Positions 24,773 through 35,300 of a DNA stretch of 64,000 nucleotides are shown here, piece by piece; position 1 is the first letter of the stretch, and each line of letters opens with the position of its first letter. The DNA is from Lama guanicoe. Lineage: Eukaryota. The notes under the pieces were generated by a model, which saw nothing but the letters and a program-made list of their open reading frames with translations, was not told the DNA's origin and ran no database searches. The stretch covers positions 5,033,757-5,097,756 of the forward strand of contig MU054187.1 in the NCBI GenBank assembly GCA_013239625.1, read 5' to 3'. The position numbers and the translations under genes are program-made.

Positions 24773-26090
24773 CAGGGCTGGTACAAGGGTGAGGCCAGTT
24801 TGCCTCAGGAGAAAAACTTGAAAGAGTGCTAAAGGACTGAGTAGTCAAGGTAAATAATATTTTAATTCAATATTAAAAACTAAACGTTAATGCAAAAATT
24901 TCATGATGACAGGCAACAGCATCGTGACATTGGATTTGGCAATGATTTCTTGGGCATGAACGACAACAAAAGGACAGGTAACAACAACAAAAATAGATAA
25001 ACTGGACTATACCAAAATTTAAAACTTCTGTGCATTAGACGACACAAACAACAGAATGAAAAGGCAACCCACTGAATGAGAGAGAATATTTGTGAAACAT
25101 GTATCTGGTAAGGAGTTAATATTCAGAATATATAAAGAACTCCTACAACTCAAAAAGAAAAACCAAACAACCTTGCTATAAATGGGCAAAGGACTTAAGT
25201 AGACATTTCTCCAAAGAAGATAAATAAAAGTCCAGTAAGCACGTGAAAAGATGTTCAACATCACCAATCATCAGAGGAATGCAAATTGAAACTACAATGA
25301 GATGTCATTCATTTCACACTCATGAGGATGGCCATTACATTAAAAAATAACAGAAAATAGCAAGTGTTGGCAAGGATGTGGAGAAATTAGAACCTCTGCA
25401 CACTGCTGGTGAGAATATAAAATGGTACTGCTACCATGGAAAACATATGGCAACTCCTCAAAAAACTAGGCATAGAATTACTGTAAGACCTAGCAATTCC
25501 ATTTCTGGGTACATAGCCAAAGAATTGAAAGTAGGAATTAGAATGGATGTTTGTACACCCATATCAGAGCAGCATTATTTCTAATAGCCAAAAGGTGGCA
25601 GCAAATCAAGTGTCACCAACAGATGGACAAGATGTGGTATATACATATAATGGAATACTATTCGACCCTGAAAAAGGAGAGGCCTTTTGACACATGCTAC
25701 AACACAGATGAACCTTAAGGACGTTACACTAACTGGAAACTGCCAGTAACAGAAAGACAAATACTGCAGGATTCCACTTGCACTGGGTATCTAAAGTAAT
25801 CAAACTCACAGAAATAGAAAGTAGATTTGTGTTTGCCAGTGTCTGGGGGAAGGCAGACATGGGAAACTGTTGATTAATGAATACAGAATTTCAGTTTGGA
25901 AAGATGAAAAATTCTAGACACCAGTTCGACAACAGTATGAATGTACTTAACATTATCAAAATGTACATTTAAAAGTGATTACAATGTACATTTCATGTTA
26001 TGTGTTTATTATCACAATTAAAAAAAGAAGTTTAAAAAGTCCCTGATGAACAAAGTATCAAAATGTTTAATAAAGGCAAGACTGGAATAA
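24773..26090 (+). mobile_element. hAT-Tip100 (ORSL-like) element split by the L1 insertion at 24910-26033
   Basis: cagggctggtacaagggtgaggc...gtagtcaaggtaaataatattttaattcaata...tgcaaaaatttcatgatga, resuming after the L1 as tgatgaacaaagtatcaaaatgtttaataaagg; family name from recall. Confidence 0.6.
24910..26033 (+). mobile_element. L1M (L1MB-like) 5'-truncated LINE-1: decayed ORF2 C-terminus plus 3' UTR
   Basis: aaaatttaaaacttctgtgca, aaaaggcaacccactgaatg, agacatttctccaaagaaga, caagtgttggcaaggatgtggagaaattagaacc, ending tatcacaattaaaaaaa; ORFs 25019-25267 and 25378-25584 are its remnants. Confidence 0.92.
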
Positions 26091-28339
26091 TTCTTTTGAG
26101 AAGTTGTCTGATTCTGCAGTTAAGAGATAAATAGAGCATAGGCCCTTCCCTTGTTTTTCGGTCAACTGGCGGATGGTGTGCTAAGCCTGGTGCTTTACCA
26201 GGAATGGACGTCACTGAAGTATGCGAGGAGACCTCCCGTTTTTTAAACCTCCATCTCTTCTGCTTGTGAGTGGAGGGGATATCTGAGAGCATAAAGGGCC
26301 ACCTAATGATTCATCAACAGTTACAAATCTTGCAGGGAACAAAACAGCCTTGTCGCTGATCTACAAAGGAAGTGCTCTGATTATTGTTCAAATACTAATC
26401 TTTGTAATAACAAACACTATGGTCCAGTGTCAGGGCACTCCAACAAGCTCATTTTAACATCTTCACCACTCTTCTTAAACACAGTACTTGAATGTCATCA
26501 CTTAAATTTACTGATGGAGAAACACAGGACAAGAGAGGACACTTGGTTCTGCTCATCAGAGGACGCAGTGTCAAAGGGCAGGGACATCTTCATGGTGCTC
26601 AGGGCAGGGCTCTGGTGCCTCAACCATGGTGTCTAGTGAAAACCACCCCAGGATTTGGACAGAGGATACAGATTCCCAGCGCTCACTCTCAGCTACTCGT
26701 AGGCAACTGCACCGGCCTTAACTGAAACCACAGAACAGCAAGGGAAATTACAGCTTGGCATTTAGTTCACGTAGTGCAAAATAACTTTAAGCAGTGAAGA
26801 TCGTATAAGCCTTGTGAGTCAGAAAGTGACTTGATGGATGTGTTTTATATCTTTAAAAAAAAAAAGCTGAAAGAGCAACCCGAATTATGTATTCTATTTT
26901 ATTTCCCACTGTTAAACACAGACACTGAAATGTATATCTAGGGTCTTTTAGGAATACAAAGTAAAAGCCGTGTCATGTGTTATGCTCCAGAGGTAATTCA
27001 GTGTTTTAGGATTAGCCAAGAGATTTATCAAGCAGCCTCCAAGGCAAGCAGAGTTCAAGTCCGGGCTCATCAATAATACATAAATAAACTGAACAATTAG
27101 GTACAAAGTGGCTATCTTGTCAGACGACTTATTAGTCGATAAATGATACACTCACTCGAAGAAGGGCTGAATAAAAGAGAGACAAGTAGCCTAGCAGCGC
27201 CCCACCTCCCACAGCCTTCGGGCTTCATCCCCATGTCGTCCTGTCCTGCGGTGAAGGGAAGCCTGGGTGTTAACCCGTGAAGGTGAATGAAGCATCACTT
27301 AGGAGCTTCGACTCTGAATTTCATTGCCTCTCTAAGCGGCCTAGAGCTTGACATCGATAGGTCTGCACATGTCTTGGAGAAATCACAGACAGGCTGGGAA
27401 TCCAGAAGTTTCCCTCTCCGTGGGGCTCAGGCTCTCACGTGAGACCCTAAGGTGGAAATTGGGGCTCGTTTGTTAAATGACCCCAGGAAACTCCACACTA
27501 TAACTCCTCTGTATCATGGACAGCACAAGAACCAATGTTGAGTTTGCATTATAAACTGCTGAAATGTGAAAAAGTGAAAAAAATAACAAAAATTTTTGAT
27601 GATTAATCGATGCACTAATTCTGGAATTGGTATTCAGCTCTACACCAGCGTTAAGTTAAATGGCAGGCAGAGTCAGAATGATCCTTGACAGCTAAGTCTC
27701 CAAGCTAGTGCCCAGGGAAGCAGTTGGCTTGTGTTTAGCGACTGTGAGTTACTTTGGCAAGTGTCATTAACCGGCAGTAAGTATCTTGGTCAGCTCAAAG
27801 CTAGGCTCACATGATCAGAGGCACCGGAAGTGAGGAACTGGCCTAAGTGAGGCTGGCTGAAAGGACGCCAAATCCACCTCCCTCAAGTCACACACACGCT
27901 GGGTGGTTTCCCCACCCCCGGTGCCAGCGGAGACTTTAAAAGCTCTCCCTTTTAAAGAGAGGTGATTTACGGCTCAGAGGAAATACTTGGTCTGAATCAC
28001 ACTTGCCAGAAGTCATGCAGGAATCCCAACCCAGGTCTTCTGAACCCTCAGGCTTAGGTGAGTTTATCACCACTATGGAGTTTAGTTAATAACAGCAGGG
28101 AAATTCAAAGTTTAGACAAAGAGACACTACCTGAAAGGCATACGTGGGATGAATAGTGACCTGGAACTTAAAATGATGAACTGGACTGTCTGTTTCATCA
28201 CTGCAAAGCCTGAAATAAGACAACTATAAAGAAATGAGGCGATATAAAAACTCAAAAGAATGAGTCAAAGGCTACCAAAGAAATACAGATTTTTGTGAAT
28301 AAAAGTAGATTTGGAATAATAGATTTATTCATCTAATTC

Positions 28340-28560
28340 AGGAGTCCATAAAATATGACCATGGGCCAAGTCCGGCCAGCCACCTGTTTTTATAAATAAA
28401 GTTTTATGGGAACACAGCCACACTTAGTTATTGACACATGGCTGCATCCGCTTCTGTAGTGCAATTGAACAGGCTAGTGATTGTGACAGACACTATGTGG
28501 CCGGCAAAGCCAAAAACATTTACGATCTGGTCCTTTATAGAAAAATTATGCCAATCCCAG
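28340..28560. mobile_element. MER58A (hAT-Charlie)
   Basis: gggccaagtccggccagccacctgtttttataaataaagttttatgggaacacagccac...tgtggccggcaaagccaaaaacatttacgatctggtcctttatagaaaa. Confidence 0.9.
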
Positions 28561-29210
28561 GGCTAAGTCATGATGAAGCCAGGACAAATTTAAAGGTGTT
28601 AGTAACTAGCCATATTTGTCCATCCATGTGAGTAATTCTCAAACTGCATCTCATACATTCTTTTGAATGGTAAGGATCATTATATAAAAATGGGGTCAAT
28701 GGGCCAACAAATTTGGCAAAGGCTGGAAAAATGATTTTTTTTTTATTTTTAGAAAGCCCATGTGCCTTGGGAATCTCCAAGTCAAGGTGAAGGGTGTTAT
28801 TTTATGCAGTGCTTCCCAGACCCACAGGACCAGCGGTGTACACACCGAGAGCCGGTGGTCTCACAGCCATCACTTGACTGGTCCCCTGCTACAGCTGAGA
28901 CACCTGGAGGAAGGAGTCAAGGAGGGCACAACTGCCAAGACTGGAAGGAAGTTACTTATTTCCTTACTGGCTCCCCAGGTTCCCTATACAGAAGACAGAA
29001 ATAATCAAATTGTTCTCCTCCAAGAGGGTAGCAAAGATCAACTCACGATCACAAAGTCTTAAAAAACACAAACTCTTTCAGCTAAGCTTAGTGTACTGTG
29101 TATAAATGCCTTTCTCAGCACAAACTAGTGTCTTCTGAGAGACCCAACGGGTACTGAGATGCAGGGTATCCACGAGAAAAGGAAACATCCCCCTGTGCAA
29201 TGATGTGCGC

Positions 29211-29233
29211 TGTGTGTGTGTGTGTGTATGTGT
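29211..29233. repeat. (TG)n microsatellite
   Basis: tgtgtgtgtgtgtgtgtatgtgt. Confidence 0.85.
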
Positions 29234-29589
29234 TTAGCACTTTTCACATTTTGCCTCAAGTGTTTTGTTCCCATTAACTATGAGCAAAGTGTCTGCTTGA
29301 GTAATTGTTTCTCCTTTGGTGTGAACGAAAGAACATATGCTATTTCACTTGCATCTCATTAAGCTCTTCAAACTTTAGAGCTGTAGGAGACTTGTTACTT
29401 CTACATAAAAAAATTAAGAATACTCCCATTACCTTTATTTGACAACGTGTTACTTATCAATATCAACTATTTTCCAGTGAAATGTTCTACGACCACTCTT
29501 CGTTTTGAACTCAGGAGGGTGTGAACATGCCATGGCTGGTGGACTCATAACCAAAGCCCCCACCTGGGACAACATCTTCTTTGACTCCA

Positions 29590-30165
29590 ATCCAAGGAGA
29601 CGGGTTGGTCTGGAGGAGCCCTTTCCACCCCTCACAACAACCACACCAGCTTGATCCAGAATTGAGACCAGACAGGCTGGGCCAATCAGATTGCTCCCAA
29701 GACACAAAAAGTCCTTGGAGCTGAGTCCCTGCAATCCACTGCTCCACTGGGGGTGGGGGCGGGGCATCCACAGGTGCCCGTGGTTCTAACTTAACCAGCC
29801 CTCAGGCAGTGCTTATTGGGTTGGGTCCCCCTGTCCCAAGCCTTTTCACATACTTCCTCTTTTAATTATTATCATCTATCTCCATTTCTCAGATGGGGAA
29901 ACTAAGGCACAGAGCAGGTAAAGAGCTGGCCTCTGATCACACAGCTAGCAAGCTGAAGAGCTGGGATATGAACTCAGACAGAGTTTGGGTCTAGAGTCTG
30001 TGCTTTTAACCACGCTGTGGTGGGTTTGGGGTTCTAGTATTCTTCGAGACTTTGTTTTTCAAGTCCTAGATTCCATGAAATAGTCCAATCTCCTATTAAA
30101 TAGTCATTTTTGCTTAAATGAGCCAGAGTTGGTTTCTGTTACTTGCAGCCAAAATCAACTTACTA
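29590..30165 (+). mobile_element. Old MLT1 (MaLR) LTR fragments flanking a MIR
   Basis: caggctgggccaatcagattgctccc and 3' end tttttgcttaaatgagccagagttggtttctgttacttgcagccaaaa. Confidence 0.6.
29850..30015 (-). mobile_element. MIR SINE
   Basis: ctccatttctcagatggggaaactaaggcacagag...tcacacagctagcaagctgaagagctgggatatgaactcag. Confidence 0.85.
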
Positions 30166-30639
30166 GAGAAGAAAGCACTCCTCTACAAGATTTCCTCTAG
30201 AACCATATCTGAAGGACACAGAAGTCACCATCAGTTTCCACCATCCATGCCACAGTCCTTCAACGCAGAAGCAATGTGGGATTGCCGGGATGGGGTGGAG
30301 GGCTGGGCCAGGGAGCTCTGCAAAAGCAGGGCACAGACTTGCATGGGCTTGCTGCCAATCACTAATAGCTGTGCCTTTCACAGGTCCCTTGTCACAAGCA
30401 TCTCTGTCTGTACTGTTCAGTAGGTGAGTCTGTGACCGTGCCCAGTGAGGCTGCCGTTCACCTGTCCAGGCTCTCGGGCATCCTCCCATCTTCTGCCCCT
30501 CCCCACTGCAGTGTGGACCACAGTGAAGCTGAATGTGCCCCCTGACAATATCCTTTAGAGCAAAAGGTATTTTTTCCCCTTAGCTCCTCAAAGACTTTGC
30601 CCAAAGGCTTAATCTAACATTTATTAATCACTTACAAAA

Positions 30640-30780
30640 TTGAGCATTTTTTTCTAAGTGCTTTACCTGTATTAACTCTTGTAAAACCTACAGGAATCAT
30701 AGGAAGTTACAGAGTTGGGGAAAACTGAGGCAAAAAGGAACTGTGCAGCTAGAATCAAGCTGGGTACTGGGTCCAAAGCT
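30640..30780 (-). mobile_element. MIR SINE fragment
   Basis: ctaagtgctttacctgtattaactc...aaaactgaggca. Confidence 0.55.
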
Positions 30781-31365
30781 GACAGAGTCACATCGATTGT
30801 GGAAGAAGAAGGTCCCCTGCTGTCCCTACCACGGTGGGTAAAGACAAGCAGGAAACGTGCTGACAAATAAACTGTGATTCTGATAAAAATGGTTTATAAC
30901 TGTGCAATCCAAATTACCCCATTTAATGAAGCTGAAGAGAATTGCTCATTTAGGATGTGATTAACAAGAAAATTAAGCATTGGCCTTCAAGCTAGAAAAG
31001 AATGAATCACGTTCTTCGAGCATTAAAGGAAACCCGATTTTCCAAGTGACAGAACTTAGAACAACACCTATACAAACACCACCAACAGCATCCATGCAAA
31101 CCCCACAGTAAGTAGATTCATTAAAAAAAAACCACACAAGTTCCGGCGGGGGGTGGGGGGGCGGCGGGTATGTCACTGAAGAGATCATCGTGATCACTTG
31201 TCTCCATCCCTGTTTTTGGACCATGAACGTCTTGTGAAAAAGCGTATCTTCCGCAATAAGCTTTTACTCTCTGCCCCAGTAATTTAAAACATAAATGAGA
31301 TTTGCAACTTTAAAAACTGTTCCAAAGAAACACACTAGACGATACTCAGACTTGCTCCCAATTAC

Positions 31366-31495
31366 CTTGTTCTGTGAGAGTTTGATCTCTGGCAATGAAT
31401 TAATCTTCAAAAAGCCCCCGTGCCGCGCTGTTGTCACGGACACACGTGGAGGACGCGACTCTCGGGGCGGCGAGGGGGGGTAATGCCCCGGCCGG
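31366..31495 (-). other. CSGALNACT1: Non-coding (5'-UTR) exon, 130 nt, inside CpG island
   Basis: Minus strand: acceptor gcccgctgcttgcag|CCGGCCGGGG and donor ACAGAACAAG|gtaatt; no ATG within the exon. Confidence 0.7.
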
Positions 31496-31890
31496 CTGCA
31501 AGCAGCGGGCGCGCGCGATGCACGGAACCCCCGCGGGGCGGGGCGCGGGGAAGCTGCTGGCGCCCTCCGTACACCCGTCGTCCCCGGCAGGCCGAGCTGC
31601 GTCCGCGCAAAGGTAAAACGAGGCGTCCCCGGGCAACCGCAGGCGGTCTGTCTCTGCTGCGCGTGCTGCTGGCTGGGACTTTGGAGTTTATGTGAAAAAT
31701 TGTTGTTTTCTGAAACGGAATGAAAGCCAGGCGACGGGTGGCAAGCACAGACTGCAACTGAGAGCAGAGGCCCGAGGCTCCGAGACTCGGGTGGGTGAGT
31801 CGCTTCGGCTGACGGACAGCCAGGAGGCGGCCGCGTGGCTCTCCCCTTTATGTCCTGGTCAAGTCTGTCAACACCGAGGATCACTCCGGG
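31400..31890. promoter_or_regulatory. CpG island / internal promoter
   Basis: Dense CpG and high GC in an otherwise AT-rich, CpG-poor region; GC box GGGGCGGGG at 31535-31543; E-box CACGTG at 31443-31448. Confidence 0.85.
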
Positions 31891-32245
31891 TAGAAACAGA
31901 TCAGTGTTTTTAAAAACGGAAAGCCCATACTATTGTACAGACTTTTCTCTCCCTTAGATTGACCCAGAACGTCTGCTGCTTCGGCCGTTGACAAACTATT
32001 CCTATTCAGATACTGCAGAATGAATTTTTGTTTTTAAAATCATGTGCACATTTTAGGTCCCCGACATTATTTTTTGCTTTGGGTAGCAAACTCCCCTTCC
32101 CTTTTGCCTGCGTGGACTCATGTTCAATTATACTGTCATCTTCTGAACTTACTGGAAGACTCCTTCGCACTGGCCTTCTACGGAGAATAGTGGTCACTTC
32201 CCCCTCATGGAAGAACACAGCCACATCCCAGTCAGTCGTACTTAC

Positions 32246-32330
32246 TGAAGTCACAAATGACTCCCTGCAAGTAAAAGCTGCATTTTTAGAATTCAGCGTG
32301 ATTCAACTTTTCTGAAGTCAACTAGGGTGA
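32246..32330 (-). other. CSGALNACT1: Probable alternative first (non-coding) exon; 5' boundary uncertain
   Basis: Donor GTGACTTCA|gtaagt at 32245, 750 bp upstream of the 31495 acceptor; minus-strand CCAAT at 32348-32352; contains a short uORF MQLLLAGSHL* (ATG at 32283). Confidence 0.5.
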
Positions 32331-35300
32331 CCTCTCGTCACCGTTAAATTGGTTCAACATTTTTCACCTCAATGTTCTTCTTTACTTATAATTTAAATTT
32401 GAAGATGGAGATGATGAAAATGTAAAGAAATTCTCTTTATCTGTGATTGTGTTTATTTTCTAACGTTATCATTGCACAGGTAAGATATTTTCATTTTGTA
32501 AGATTCCAACTGTGGACATTAGAATGGGCTCCCCAGAAGCCAGGGAAAAAAGTGGAGAACAGGTATTGTGGGGTCCCTGTCAGGGAAGGCTCGGGGAAGG
32601 CCAGCACCTCTGTTGTGTGGGTGAACTGAAAACCGGGGCTGCAGCCACGCCAGGCAGCAGGAACCTGGACTTTGAGGATGAGTCCATTCTCGAGGCTGTC
32701 AGAGCAGGGAAGGACTTCCTAGCAGGACTCCAGAATTTCCGTGTTTGAGAGGTCTACGGTCATTGTCTTAAAGGTACATTTTCATAGCAAACATACTCTT
32801 CTAGTTGAGAATGGATTTCATTTGGGGGAGATGGGGGTTTGTGGCCAAGGGATTATTTCTGGCTTCAGCCTCTTCAAGAGGCCCACTGACTGAGATGGAT
32901 ATCAATGAAGTTCCTTCCACCAGGAACAGTAGAAGGAGGAGCCTGTCAAGTAAGCACAGGATGTTCCAAAACCCAGGCTAGGAAATCGCTGGGCCAAATG
33001 GAAAGATGTCTTTCTCACCCACAATGTGCAGGAACAGCCAAGCTTTCCGTGGAAATATAATGAATGCATTTAAGATAAGTTGAGGTCGAGTTTCTTCTGA
33101 GAGGAAATGGAAACAGTGTTTATCACCCAGAGACAAGACCAAGATGGGGTTCTGAGCTGAGGAGGCTCCCAGTTTGATCACGCCAGTCAGCGTTTGAGCC
33201 GCTGGATGGGGGAGGCAGGAGGAGGGAAGGCTAACGTAGACCTCTATAGCCAGGATCACAGATCTTCACTCCTGACTCATCGATTTTGTCTTTTCACATA
33301 ATTTGCATTCTCAGTTTACTTACAATAGTTCTTGCGGGAAATTCTAGAATCTTTTATGATGACTTAAGGGGGAAAGGATCCGGCCATATTTCTAGAATGC
33401 AGAGATGAACATTCCCCACGTGGCTGGGTGACCAGCTGCCACGGTTGCATAATGTATGGACTTCGTGAAATGTTTTACCTGTGGAAAACGCTTTCGAAAA
33501 TAGAGCACAGCTTATTTATCCTGAGTCTGGAACATTTTCTTGTCAGTATTTACCAAGGGGTTTCTAGAGATCTGAACCAAGTCTAGAACAGCCAGAAAGC
33601 AAGAGTGGTTAACTGGAAATGGTCTTTTCTCTTTATCAGTCAATCCTTCCATGAAGATTCGTGTAAACTGAATGTTTAGACTTCAGTCTGGAGAAGTCTG
33701 AGTTTCTGGTGGAAACTCAGTCAATGGGAATGACAGTGCTTGAGAGGGACTTAGAGAAATAAGCACTTAGTGTGTGATGAGGGAAGTACAGATAAATCCA
33801 TTCAAATTTGTGTAATAAAAGAATGAATAGAACAGATACACACACATACATTATCATGAAGGAAAAAAATCAGTAAAGTCATATATCTATATTTAGACTG
33901 TAGCTTTTAAAACACCAAGCTTTTTTTTTTTTTAAATTTTAAAAAAGACTAAATCGCCTAGGGCTCTCGGGAACTCCAAGTCCCTCTAGTAGAAAAGTCT
34001 TACTGTCTGGAATACTGCATTTTTTTTCCTGGGATGACTGCTAATTCTTTACTGCTAACCTCTAAGGACACCCAACGGCAGAGGGTCTATGGTAGAACTG
34101 TGTTACAGAGATAAGAGGATGCATGTAAAGCTAGGTCATGTAAGTTAAAACACATACTAAACCAAACCAAAGTTCTAAAATACCTCCTTATCTTTCAGAG
34201 ATGACCCAAAACTCAGTTGTTCTACAGAAAGCTGTTGGCTTCTCTCCCATCTTGATGTGACTCTTATTTCCACACAGGTGACAAAACACTCTGGTGGAGC
34301 AGCCACCCTGTTCGGGGGTAGGGTGTGGCCTTCCTCCCTGAAGACACCGAGAGCTAATGGCTCTTTAGTGCTTTCTGGTCGATTCAGTCAACTTTCTCCT
34401 CGTTGTCAACCCCCTCCTGTGTCACCATCCCTTCCGTGTATCATACGTCCTTTATCTTTGTGGACATCACAGTAAGAGTCAATAAATTATTTACAGGGCT
34501 GTCTGTCCCACTAGACTCTGAGCTTCTTAATGGCAGAGAACACGTCTTTATTTACGTATATACAACCTAATAAACAAAGTTCATTTAAATTATTTCAGTG
34601 TTCATAACTGATATAATCACCATCAATATCTACCCCCACTAACTTTATTTAAATTTCATCTGAGGAATAATTGCTATGACCATGAAGAGACAGATCTAAG
34701 AGTACAGAATTTATTACAATCCCAATTCACCTCCCTATGTGACCTCTTTTTTTGTATTTCATAAGCTAAATACCAACAAGTAGCCCCTTTGTTATGTAGA
34801 GGCTAGGGATTTATTCAAGGACAAAATTTCTACTTCAACATTCCAAAGACAAAAGGAGATTTCAGAATTTCTTATGGGTCCCAAATTTCTTCTGATTTTA
34901 CTTTTAAAAGAGGGCACAGCAAACACCTGATGAACTACAGTGCCCTAAGAAGAGAAATAAAGATTGCAAGAGGGTAATCATCTTGTTTCATTTCAACGTT
35001 ACCATGAATATTGCTTATTATTTATATCAAATTGAGCTAATACACTGTGTACCCAGGCAGTGTTTATCAAGATCTCTCCACCCCTCTGCGTAACACATAT
35101 GACTGAAAATGCCTGATTTGAACAATAAAGCTAGAAATACACTCCAAAATGATTACCTCCAAAATAGAAAAATAAATGTGTTCATTTTATGTTGTAAAAA
35201 TATGGTGAATTGGAGGAGAGAAATTAGACCCAACTCTTCACATGCTGATCATCTCTTCCATCATGGAAAATACACTTCAGCATTTTGTACCAGTGGCTGA

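Noticed and set aside
25019..25584. ORFs with L1-like peptides (also 46361-46549)
   Set aside because: Decayed, 5'-truncated L1 ORF2 remnants or their antisense frames
31264..31884. 206-aa minus-strand ORF and overlapping ORFs
   Set aside because: Pro/Arg/Ala-rich frames expected from stop-codon depletion in a CpG island; they cross the inferred splice sites and show no recognisable domain
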